24,000 nt of DNA from Acetivibrio clariflavus DSM 19732 (lineage in GTDB: Bacteria; Bacillota; Clostridia; Acetivibrionales; Acetivibrionaceae). Within the stretch, counting starts at the first letter, position 1; every line of letters starts with the position of its first letter. The notes beneath the pieces were generated by a model. It did no database searches and was not told where the DNA came from. It was given only the letters and a program-made list of their open reading frames with translations. The stretch spans positions 1,960,118 to 1,984,117 of the forward strand of contig NC_016627.1 in NCBI RefSeq assembly GCF_000237085.1, read 5' to 3'. A program made the translations under genes and the position numbers. Below, in pieces: positions 16,144 through 24,000 of this stretch.

Positions 16144-16914
16144 ATGTTAAACGAAAGCTTATTTCCAATTCTAGAATTTGATTCAAATAAACACGCCAAG
16201 ATTAATCCCTCAAGTGTTGTTAACAAGAAGCAAGTACCTAAAGCATGTGTTATTACTTTTTTCAAGGAAGTAATCAGAAAAAAACTGGAACGAGGTGAAT
16301 TGGAGCAAATTGGTACAAGTCCTTCGGAAACAATAGATATTCCAATTTATGAAACTAAATATAATGGTTGTTCTGTGGGTCTTGTTGGTGGTTTTGTCGG
16401 AGCAGCAGGTTCGGCAGCATTGTTGGAAGAATTGATAGCATCAGGATTTGAAAAATTTATAGTTTGTGGTGGCGCTGGCGTTTTAAAGAAAGGTATTCAA
16501 GTAGGTCATTTAGTATTGCCTTACTCTGCGGTAAGAGATGAAGGTGTATCATATCATTATATCGAGCCATCACGTGAAATAGAATGCAACCCCGATGCTG
16601 TAAAAGTTATTGAGAGAATATTAAATAAAGAAAAAATTCCGTTTATTAAAGCAAAGACATGGACAACAGATGCAATTTTTAGAGAAACTGAGGATAAAAT
16701 AGCAAAAAGAGTTTCAGAAGGCTGTGTTACCGTTGAAATGGAAGCAGCAGCATTTTTCGCTGTATCTAAATTCAGGAACGTTTTATTGGGACAGATTTTG
16801 TACTGCGGTGACGATTTGAGCGGAATCGAATGGGACAGCCGCTCCTGGCATAGCAGAGATTTAATAAGATCCAATCTCGTAGACTTATGCCTAAAAATAG
16901 CTACAGAATTATAG
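16144..16914 (+). CDS. Nucleoside phosphorylase family protein (PNP_UDP_1 superfamily, uridine-phosphorylase-like); specificity unknown
   Basis: Shows VTVEMEAAAFFAV (the EME motif of the PNP/UDP family), the glycine-rich GLVGGFVGAAGSAA, and LPYSAVRDEGVSYHY, which resembles the Udp substrate loop. Confidence 0.75.
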   Translation: MLNESLFPILEFDSNKHAKINPSSVVNKKQVPKACVITFFKEVIRKKLERGELEQIGTSPSETIDIPIYETKYNGCSVGLVGGFVGAAGSAALLEELIASGFEKFIVCGGAGVLKKGIQVGHLVLPYSAVRDEGVSYHYIEPSREIECNPDAVKVIERILNKEKIPFIKAKTWTTDAIFRETEDKIAKRVSEGCVTVEMEAAAFFAVSKFRNVLLGQILYCGDDLSGIEWDSRSWHSRDLIRSNLVDLCLKIATEL

Positions 16915-16945
16915 CTTAGAACAAGGGACGGTTCTTTGTTCTAAG
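16915..16945 (+). terminator. Perfect 10-bp hairpin immediately after the stop codon (terminator candidate lacking a clear U-tract)
   Basis: CTTAGAACAA (16915-16924) pairs with TTGTTCTAAG (16936-16945) and starts 1 nt after TAG 16912-16914. The downstream sequence is A-rich rather than T-rich. Confidence 0.35.
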
Positions 16946-17482
16946 ATGAAAAATAAAACTGTATGCAGCGATTTTTGATTTATGCATTTATGATATTTAC
17001 CATAGAGGATTTCTTAGATTCAATCCGATATAGAAACACCTTTGTCCGAACTTATAACAAGATTGATAATAATTTTATTACTTGATGGATTCGTATTGTA
17101 ATTTAATAAAAAGTATATATAACAATTAATTGATGATAATTTCTTGTATTTATAAGAGGTATCTTGAAGGCAAGATAAGCCTAAAACGGCAGGTAGAGCA
17201 TTATGGATTGTTTTACCGTTTGCCTGAGGGATACCTTGCTTTGTTAAGGGAAAATATAATAACTGTTGCAAAGACACTTTTAAAATATTTGAACGGGTAA
17301 GAGGACTATGATGAGTGAGTAGCAATAATCTTTAAAGATTCAAGAAGCATTTTTACAGAAAATGATAAAGGGGCAAAATCCCGGATATATATTTATGAAG
17401 GTGAAAAATATTCAAAAGATAGATAGATTTTGGTAACGGATAGAAACTGAAGAAAGTTCATGAAAAGGAGAGGAAACTTGAT

Positions 17483-17962
17483 TTGAATAAAAAGTATTTT
17501 GCATATGGAAGCTGTACAAACTTTGAATCTTTCGGAGACACTATGAAAAAAGCAGAATGTGAAGATAAATTCAGTGTTTGCGGCATTGGCAGGCTTAATG
17601 ACTATCGTCTGGCTTTCACGAGATATTCCATGAAGTGGGGAGGAGGCGTTTTAAATATAATAAAATCGCCTGGGGATTATGTTTTAGGAGTAGTTTATGA
17701 TATTCCGGAACAGGCGGTATCGGCAATAGATAAAAGAGAGGGAGCGCCAAAATATTATAAGAGAATTGAGGATGTTGAAGTTGAAGTGGAAAATAAGCGG
17801 GTTAAAGTATTTACCTATGCAGTGGTTGAGAAGGATTTTGATGAAATCAAACCCGCATTGGAATATTTTGATACAGTGTATAAAGGAATGAAACAACACT
17901 TCCCTTCTGAATATGTAAACAAATATTTAATTGAGCATTGTAAAAACCGTTTTGGAATGTAA
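17483..17962 (+). CDS. Gamma-glutamylcyclotransferase-like (AIG2/GGCT fold) protein
   Basis: The N-terminus YFAYGSCTNFESF matches the GGCT YGS motif. YRLAFTRYS...GGVLNIIKSPGDYVLGVVYDI and IDKREGAPKYYKR are typical of AIG2-like proteins. The start is TTG 17483, with AAAGGAGAGG 9 nt upstream. Confidence 0.7.
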   Translation: MNKKYFAYGSCTNFESFGDTMKKAECEDKFSVCGIGRLNDYRLAFTRYSMKWGGGVLNIIKSPGDYVLGVVYDIPEQAVSAIDKREGAPKYYKRIEDVEVEVENKRVKVFTYAVVEKDFDEIKPALEYFDTVYKGMKQHFPSEYVNKYLIEHCKNRFGM

Positions 17963-17994
17963 AATCAGCGAATGAAAAAATCAAAATATACAGA

Positions 17995-19224
17995 TCATAC
18001 TACCTGAAAGATATAAAACTTTAGGTAGTCTGTTTCCGGAACATTCCACAGGATAGGATGATCCGGCGCCTGCTGGCGTGCTTCAATCTGTCTGAGGGAT
18101 ACGGAAGCATCCTTTGCTGCACTTGCCAACATTTTGCGGAACAGGTCATCGGTCATGAAATGGCTGCAACTGCAGGTAGCAAGATATCCACCACGAGGCA
18201 GCAGTTTCATAGCTTTAAGGTTAATCTCCTTATATCCGCGGGCAGCAGACTGTACCGTCTTTCGGGATTTGGTAAAAGCCGGCGGGTCAAGGATTATATA
18301 GTCGTAATCTTTACATTTTTGTTCTACCAGTTTTGTCAACAGGTCAAATACGTCCTCGCACAAAAAATCCATTTTATCGTCCAAACCGTTGTGTACAGCA
18401 TTTGATTTTGCCAGGTCAATAGCTGACTGTGAGATGTCTACACAGGTCACGTGTTCAGCTCCTCCCAACGCTGCATTAAGACCGAAGGAACCGGTATGGG
18501 TAAAGCAGTCCAGCACCCGTTTTCCTTTGGCAATACGGGCCACAGCCAGGCGATTATACTTCTGATCCAGGAAAAATCCGGTTTTTTGTCCGTTTTCCAC
18601 ATCTACCAGATATTTCACGCCGTTTTCGCATATCTCAGTTACAGCGGATTCAGGAACGGGTATGTTATCGGAACGGTACCAGCCTTTATATTCTGAAAGG
18701 TTTTCCTTTGCACGCAAGGCAATGTCATTACGTTCATAAATTCCGGTAATGGTTTCGCCCATTTCGGTAAGCACATCCCAGATAGCTTGGTAAATCGTGT
18801 CTTTGACAAGTTCCATACCGAGGCAGGTAATCTGTACCGACAGGATGCTGCCAAAACGATCCACTGTCAGACCGGGCATTTGATCAGCTTCACCGTGAAT
18901 TATGCGGCAACAGGCGAAATCTGCACCGGGCATGACGGTTTTACGGTAATTAACGGCATACTCCACACGTCTGCGCCAAAAGCGAGCGTCAAATACATCA
19001 TTGGCGTTGCTGGAAATAAGTCGAACAGTAATCTTGCTGGCATTATTGTAAAAGCCAGTACCGATATAGGCATTTCCGGCAAGCACATCCACCAGTTCGC
19101 CGTTTTGGGGTGTACCTTCTATTTTGCGAATCTCTTCACCGTATATCCACGGATGCCCGCTTTTTGCACTGCGCTCCGCTTTTGGAGATATCATGACTTT
19201 TGGATATTGCCGTTTCTGTTTCAT
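17995..19224 (-). CDS. rlmI: Class I SAM-dependent rRNA methyltransferase, RlmI-like (PUA-like N-terminal domain plus MTase)
   Basis: SAM-binding motif VLDCFTHTGSFGLNAA, catalytic region DYIILDPPAFTKS, and N-terminal GHPWIYGEEI typical of RlmI/YwbD. ATG 19224 is preceded by AAAGGTGA, and the ORF-track GTG 19233 lies inside that RBS. Confidence 0.8.
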   Translation of the reverse strand: MKQKRQYPKVMISPKAERSAKSGHPWIYGEEIRKIEGTPQNGELVDVLAGNAYIGTGFYNNASKITVRLISSNANDVFDARFWRRRVEYAVNYRKTVMPGADFACCRIIHGEADQMPGLTVDRFGSILSVQITCLGMELVKDTIYQAIWDVLTEMGETITGIYERNDIALRAKENLSEYKGWYRSDNIPVPESAVTEICENGVKYLVDVENGQKTGFFLDQKYNRLAVARIAKGKRVLDCFTHTGSFGLNAALGGAEHVTCVDISQSAIDLAKSNAVHNGLDDKMDFLCEDVFDLLTKLVEQKCKDYDYIILDPPAFTKSRKTVQSAARGYKEINLKAMKLLPRGGYLATCSCSHFMTDDLFRKMLASAAKDASVSLRQIEARQQAPDHPILWNVPETDYLKFYIFQVV

Positions 19225-19572
19225 TTGTATCACCTTTAGAAATAGAATTTTTATGCGCTGATTTTACCACATTTCTCTTCTGCCTTCAACGGTGGGCATC
19301 ATTATAATGTGATTAAAAGGAATACTTTATTCTGAATTTAATGAAAAAGATTGCAGTGTACACCTTCCTTTAATGTATTTGATCTTATAAATGTAAACTG
19401 CCAAAATAAAACGGGAGGACGCTTCCAAAACACTGAAAAATAAGCTTTATTAAGCTATTCTCCGGGGGTTAAGTATCATTATTGGAGGTGTTTTTTAGTT
19501 TTATGTTCATCAAATCATAAGAGAAGTGGAATTTTTCAGGCATCAGTTTTATAATGTAGGCAGAATTAATAA

Positions 19573-19601
19573 TTGACAATGATTGTTTTATATTTGATAA
19601 T
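19573..19601 (+). promoter_or_regulatory. Candidate sigma-A type promoter for the ior-paaK operon
   Basis: TTGACA (19573-19578)-N17-GATAAT (19596-19601), about 70 nt upstream of ATG 19674. Confidence 0.5.
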
Positions 19602-19673
19602 AATTATAATATGCAGTGAAAAATTTATAGCTTATAAATATTGATTATAAATAAAGTATTGGGGGATAGGTTA

Positions 19674-21410
19674 ATGAAAAAACTAATGCTTGGTAATGAG
19701 GCTGTCGCCAGAGGGGCTTATGAGGCAGGCGTTACTGTTGCAGCTGCTTACCCTGGGACACCAAGTACAGAAATAACAGAGAATATAGCCAAATATGACG
19801 AAATATATTCCGAGTGGTCACCTAATGAAAAGGTTGCCCTGGAAGTGGCAATAGGAGCGTCCATAGCAGGAGCAAGGGCTATATGTTCAATGAAGCATGT
19901 TGGACTTAATGTTGCAGCAGATCCTTTGTTTACAGCTTCTTATACCGGTGTTAACGGCGGTCTGGTAATAATGGTTGCCGATGACCCGGGAATGCACAGT
20001 TCACAAAATGAACAAGACAGTCGATGTTATGCCAAAGGTGCAAAAGTTCCAATGCTAGAACCTTCCGACAGTCAAGAGTGTAAGGATTTTGTAAAAAAAG
20101 CTTTCGAAGTCAGTGAAAAATACGACACGCCGGTTATTGTAAGATTGTCAACTAGAATTTCCCACTCCCAAAGTATAGTAGAGATATGTGAAAGAAGTGA
20201 ATACAAGCTTAAAGATTATGTCAAGGATCCCGCAAAATATGTAATGATGCCTGCAATGGCAAGACCAAGACATGTAGAAGTTGAAAAGAGAATGGCAGCT
20301 CTCAAGGAACTTTCCAATACCGATGAATTTAATAAAATTGAATGGGGAAACAAGGAAATTGGGGTTATAACCAGCGGTATTGCTTATCAATATGCCCGTG
20401 AAGCATTCGGCGATGTTTCTTACCTAAAGCTTGGTATGGTTCATCCCCTTCCCGATAAATTGATTAAAGAATTTGCAAGTCAGGTCAAAACCCTTTATAT
20501 AATTGAAGAACTTGACCCGTTTATAGAGGAATATGTAAAAACTCTTGGAATTAAAGCTATCGGTAAAGAAAAACTGCCTATTATAGGCGAATACAGTGCA
20601 AATCTCATAAGAGAAAAGATTTTCGGCCAAAAAGTTGAAACTAAGCCTGTTACCGATGAGCAAATACCGGTAAGACCTCCGGTTATGTGTCCTGGATGTC
20701 CTCACCGCGGTATGTATTATGTTTTGAGAAAATTAAAACTTACAGTTAGCGGTGATATAGGATGTTATACTCTTGGTGCTCTTCCGCCAACCCAGAGCAT
20801 GGATACCTGTGTATGTATGGGTGCAAGTATCGGCGGTGCTCTCGGTATGGAAAAAGCAAGAGGACCTGAATTTGGAAAGAAGACTGTAGCTGTTATAGGT
20901 GATTCCACCTTTATCCACTCAGGTATAACCGGGTTGATAGATGTAGTATATAACAAGGGTAATTCAACGGTTATCATACTGGATAACTCCATTACCGGTA
21001 TGACTGGTCATCAGCACAATCCTACCACCGGTTTTACTATAAAGGGTGAACCTACAAAGCAGGTGGATCTCGAAAAACTTTGCAATGCAATAGGTATAGA
21101 CAGAGTAAGAATTGTTGATCCCTTTGATATAAAAGAGTTTGAAAAGGTAGTAAAAGAAGAAACACAGGCCGATGAGCCATCGGTTATTATATCCCAAAGA
21201 CCGTGCGCGCTTTTAAAGCATGTTAAATTTGAAGGACCTATCAGGATAAGCATCGAAAAATGTAAAAAATGTAAGATGTGTTTATCGGTTGGATGTCCTG
21301 CAATTGTTGACAAAGGCGACCATATAGAAGTTAATGAAGCTCTGTGTGTAGGCTGTATGTTATGTACAAAGGTATGTAATTTCAATGCTTTCGAAAAGGC
21401 GGGTGAATAA
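19674..21410 (+). CDS. iorA: Indolepyruvate:ferredoxin oxidoreductase, alpha subunit
   Basis: The N-terminus MKKLMLGNEAVARGAYEAGVTVAAAYPGTPSTEI is typical IorA. TPP-binding region is GDIGCYTLG...GDSTFIHSG. The C-terminal 2x[4Fe-4S] motifs are CKKCKMCLSVGCP and CVGCMLCTKVCN. GGGGGA lies 7 nt upstream of ATG 19674. Confidence 0.92.
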   Translation: MKKLMLGNEAVARGAYEAGVTVAAAYPGTPSTEITENIAKYDEIYSEWSPNEKVALEVAIGASIAGARAICSMKHVGLNVAADPLFTASYTGVNGGLVIMVADDPGMHSSQNEQDSRCYAKGAKVPMLEPSDSQECKDFVKKAFEVSEKYDTPVIVRLSTRISHSQSIVEICERSEYKLKDYVKDPAKYVMMPAMARPRHVEVEKRMAALKELSNTDEFNKIEWGNKEIGVITSGIAYQYAREAFGDVSYLKLGMVHPLPDKLIKEFASQVKTLYIIEELDPFIEEYVKTLGIKAIGKEKLPIIGEYSANLIREKIFGQKVETKPVTDEQIPVRPPVMCPGCPHRGMYYVLRKLKLTVSGDIGCYTLGALPPTQSMDTCVCMGASIGGALGMEKARGPEFGKKTVAVIGDSTFIHSGITGLIDVVYNKGNSTVIILDNSITGMTGHQHNPTTGFTIKGEPTKQVDLEKLCNAIGIDRVRIVDPFDIKEFEKVVKEETQADEPSVIISQRPCALLKHVKFEGPIRISIEKCKKCKMCLSVGCPAIVDKGDHIEVNEALCVGCMLCTKVCNFNAFEKAGE

Positions 21411-21413
21411 AAA

Positions 21414-21986
21414 ATGGAAAAGCTTAATATAATGATAGTTGGAGTAGGTGGACAAGGAACTCTTCTTGCCAGCAGGGTTTTGGGAAATGTTGCAATGAAA
21501 ATGGATTATGATGTCAAAGTTTCAGAAGTTCACGGTATGGCTCAGCGCGGCGGAAGCGTCGTAACCTACGTAAAATTAGGTGATAAAGTATATTCTCCTA
21601 TAATTGAAAAGGGTGAAGCGGATATAATAATTGCCTTTGAAAAGTTGGAAGCTCTTCGTTGGATAGAATATTTAAAAGAAGACGGAACACTTATTTTAAA
21701 TGATCAGAGAATTGATCCCATGCCTGTAATAACCGGTAAAGCAAAGTACCCGGAAAATATAGTGAAAAAAATAAAAAATAATTATAAAAACGTTATTTCA
21801 ATAGATGCTCTTCAAATTGCAAAGGAATGTGGAAATATAAAAGCCGTAAACACTGTTTTGCTTGGAATTTTAGCCAAATCTACATCTATCGGCAAAGAGG
21901 TTTGGCTTGAATCCTTAAAAGAAAATGTTCCTGCAAAAGCATTAGACGTAAACCTTAAGGCTTTCGAAGCAGGTTATAGTGCTTAA
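21414..21986 (+). CDS. iorB: Indolepyruvate:ferredoxin oxidoreductase, beta subunit
   Basis: 190 aa with N-terminal IMIVGVGGQGTLLASRVLG and EVHGMAQRGGSV, typical of the gamma/IorB family. It starts 3 nt after the iorA stop. Confidence 0.9.
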   Translation: MEKLNIMIVGVGGQGTLLASRVLGNVAMKMDYDVKVSEVHGMAQRGGSVVTYVKLGDKVYSPIIEKGEADIIIAFEKLEALRWIEYLKEDGTLILNDQRIDPMPVITGKAKYPENIVKKIKNNYKNVISIDALQIAKECGNIKAVNTVLLGILAKSTSIGKEVWLESLKENVPAKALDVNLKAFEAGYSA

Positions 21987-22038
21987 ACAGATTATGGTGT
22001 TTAATTATGAATAAAAAATAATAGGGGGTAAAAGATGT

Positions 22039-23343
22039 ATGCAGTATTGGAATCCTACATTTGAATGTATGTCAAGGGAAGAAATGACCAGAGTACAGAC
22101 GGAAAGGCTAATTAACACAGTAAAAAGGGTGTATCATAATGTGCCTTTTTACAGGGAAAAGATGCAAAAAATAGGATTGGAACCTGGAGATATAAAATCT
22201 ATTGAGGATCTAAAAAAATTGCCTTTTACTTATAAACAGGACTTAAGGGATAATTATCCATATGGTCTGTTTGCCACACCGTTAAGTGAAATTGTAAGAA
22301 TTCATGCTTCATCGGGAACAACCGGAAAACAAACAGTTGTAGGATATACAAGAAAGGACCTTGACACATGGTCTGAAGTTATGGCCAGAACTTTTACCTG
22401 TGCCGGAGCAAATAAAGAATCCATCATCCAGATTGCTTATGGCTATGGACTTTTTACCGGTGGTCTGGGAGCTCACTATGGAGCTGAAAGAATCGGTGCA
22501 TCGGTTATTCCTATATCCGGCGGTAACACCAAGAGACAAATACAATTGATGAAGGATTTCGGAACCACTGTTCTTGCCTGTACGCCTTCCTATGCCCTTT
22601 ATATGGCAGAAGAAATGGAAGAGATGGGCATAAAGAAAGAGGAATTAAAGTTAAAAGCCGGAGTATTTGGAGCAGAACCGTGGACTGAAAATATGAGAAA
22701 AGAAATTGAAGAGCGTTTTGGAATTTTGGCAATAGATATTTACGGGCTTAGTGAAATTATCGGTCCTGGTGTCGCATCAGAATGTCATTTAAAATGCGGT
22801 ATGCATATTAATGAAGACCATTTTATTCCTGAAATAATTGACCCTGAGACAGAAGAAGTACTGCCTCCCGGTTCAAAGGGTGAACTGGTATTTACCACTG
22901 TTACGAAAGAAGGCTTGCCGCTTATTAGATACAGAACAAGGGATATATCAACACTGAACTATGAAAAATGCGAATGCGGAAGAACCCTGGTCAGAATGTC
23001 GAAGGTTACAGGAAGAACGGACGATATGCTCATAATCAGAGGAGTAAATGTATTCCCCTCACAGATTGAAAGTGTGCTCCTTGAAGTAGCTGAAGTTGCA
23101 CCCCATTATCTTCTGATAGTAGACAGGGTTGATAATCTCGATAACCTGGAAGTTTGGGTGGAAATGAATCAAAATATGTTCTCCGATGAAGTTAAGAAGA
23201 TAGAAGAAGTTGAACGCAAAATAAAAAGAGAGTTGGAAAGTACTATAGGAATCAATGCAAAAGTAAAGCTTGTTGAACCGAAGTCTATTGAGAGAAGTGA
23301 AGGAAAGGCAAAACGTGTCATAGATAAGCGTGTTCTCAAATAA
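22039..23343 (+). CDS. paaK: Phenylacetate--CoA ligase (PaaK family)
   Basis: The N-terminus [14 protein letters not shown]...QTERL is typical PaaK. Also present: the AMP-binding P-loop [16 protein letters not shown], and C-terminal [10 protein letters not shown]. Confidence 0.9.
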   Translation: MQYWNPTFECMSREEMTRVQTERLINTVKRVYHNVPFYREKMQKIGLEPGDIKSIEDLKKLPFTYKQDLRDNYPYGLFATPLSEIVRIHASSGTTGKQTVVGYTRKDLDTWSEVMARTFTCAGANKESIIQIAYGYGLFTGGLGAHYGAERIGASVIPISGGNTKRQIQLMKDFGTTVLACTPSYALYMAEEMEEMGIKKEELKLKAGVFGAEPWTENMRKEIEERFGILAIDIYGLSEIIGPGVASECHLKCGMHINEDHFIPEIIDPETEEVLPPGSKGELVFTTVTKEGLPLIRYRTRDISTLNYEKCECGRTLVRMSKVTGRTDDMLIIRGVNVFPSQIESVLLEVAEVAPHYLLIVDRVDNLDNLEVWVEMNQNMFSDEVKKIEEVERKIKRELESTIGINAKVKLVEPKSIERSEGKAKRVIDKRVLK

Positions 23344-23381
23344 TTTGTTTCAGTAATACAAATAAAAAGGAGGGCATAATA

Positions 23382-23813
23382 ATGCTTATAAAACAAATAT
23401 CTGTATTCCTTGAAAATAAATCGGGAAGACTGGCAGAAGTGACAAAAATTCTAGGGGAAAACAATATTGACATAAGTGCATTGTCAATAGCTGACACTAC
23501 TGACTTCGGAATTTTAAGGCTTATTGTCAACAACCCTGATATGGCTGAAAAAGTACTTAGAGAAAATGAATTTACAGTGAGTTCAACCGATGTTATTGGC
23601 ATTGGCGTTGAAGATAAACCGGGTGGATTAAATAAAGCATTAAGCGTATTGGAAAAGAGCGATATAGGAATTGAGTACATGTATGCTTTTGTTGGAAAGG
23701 CTTCTGATGAAGCCATGGTTATAATCAGAGTTGACGATTCGGATAAGGCAATTGAAACGTTAAAAAATGGCGGTATAAAAGTTTTGTCGCCTGAAAGTGT
23801 TTATAAATTATAG
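23382..23813 (+). CDS. ACT domain-containing protein (tandem ACT, commonly found downstream of paaK)
   Basis: Shows ISVFLENKSGRLAEVTKILGENNIDISALSIA (ACT beta-alpha-beta) and a second repeat, IGIGVEDKPGGLNKALSVLEKSDIGIEYMYAF. AGGAGGG lies 7 nt upstream. Confidence 0.85.
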   Translation: MLIKQISVFLENKSGRLAEVTKILGENNIDISALSIADTTDFGILRLIVNNPDMAEKVLRENEFTVSSTDVIGIGVEDKPGGLNKALSVLEKSDIGIEYMYAFVGKASDEAMVIIRVDDSDKAIETLKNGGIKVLSPESVYKL

Positions 23814-23918
23814 GCAAAAAGTAAAGAGAGACTTTATGCCCCGAATTTGAAATTGATCTTGTAACATTCAAATCTATAGTTCAATAGCATTGGTGTACAG
23901 GGGGTAGAAAACTGCAGT

Positions 23919-24000
23919 ATGGAAGCAAAAAAAGAGCCTTTGGCGTATAGAATGCGTCCAAGAACCTTAGAAGAGTTTTTCGGACAGGAGGATATAGTAG
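23919..24000 (+). CDS. rarA: Replication-associated recombination protein A (RarA/MgsA AAA+ ATPase), N-terminal fragment running off the window
   Basis: MEAKKEPLAYRMRPRTLEEFFGQEDIV matches the conserved RarA N-terminus (PLAxRMRPxxLDEFxGQ). Only 27 codons are visible. Confidence 0.6.
   Translation, partial: MEAKKEPLAYRMRPRTLEEFFGQEDIV

Noticed and set aside
17157-17242. c-di-GMP-I or TPP riboswitch (superficial GCCTAAAAC...GGTAG and CTGAGGGATACC similarities)
   Set aside because: The key conserved blocks are absent (ACGCAAAGCC and the tetraloop/receptor for GEMM-I; CUGAGA plus the ACCUGAUCUGGAUAAUGCCAGCG-type helix for TPP). The resemblance is only a few nucleotides.
17020-17325. 101-aa ORF on the - strand in the spacer upstream of the GGCT-like gene
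   Set aside because: It has no RBS and an AT-driven, Leu/Ile/Asn/Ser-rich low-complexity sequence with no motif. It is most likely noncoding.
22035-22064. ATG at 22035 (better RBS spacing) as the paaK start
   Set aside because: It is out of frame with paaK and stops after 9 codons. ATG 22039 gives the canonical PaaK N-terminus.
19674-23813. iorA-iorB-paaK-ACT cluster as a novel system
   Set aside because: This is a well-known conserved arrangement for arylpyruvate oxidation and arylacetate/aryl-CoA interconversion in anaerobes. All four products have canonical motifs and lengths.
1-24000. CRISPR arrays, tRNA/rRNA genes, intact transposases or integrases, prophage genes
   Set aside because: I found no regularly spaced repeats, no tRNA-like acceptor/T-arm pattern and no recombinase-like ORF. 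The only mobile-element trace is the intron stub at 475-550.

Overview
This looks like a chromosomal segment from a low-GC, anaerobic Firmicute, probably Clostridia-like. That is inferred from GGAGG-type RBSs, AT-rich spacers, and ferredoxin-dependent and glycyl-radical enzymes. I support about 21 protein genes and saw no rRNA, tRNA or CRISPR array. Left part (+ strand): a partial unknown ORF ends directly against a group II intron domain V/VI-like stub. A ~1.1 kb ORF-free AT-rich spacer follows, then an ABC-2 ATPase, a permease and an XRE-HTH/AbrB-fusion regulator, then an aldo/keto reductase with an Fe-S domain and an acyl-CoA synthetase. Centre (- strand, 7273-15705): eight tightly packed genes, deoD, BMP-family nucleoside-binding lipoprotein, YjjI-like glycyl radical enzyme, YjjW-like radical-SAM activase, double-cassette ABC ATPase, two permeases and cdd. 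The main point of interest is that an uncharacterised glycyl-radical enzyme and its activase sit inside a nucleoside uptake/salvage operon. Right part: a divergent PNP/UDP-family phosphorylase and a GGCT-like gene lie in a lower-GC stretch with long spacers. After them come an RlmI-like methyltransferase (-), the well-known iorA-iorB-paaK-ACT arylpyruvate/arylacetate cluster (+), and the start of rarA. Several repeat or palindrome candidates for operators are noted. All promoter, terminator and RNA calls are by eye and low confidence.
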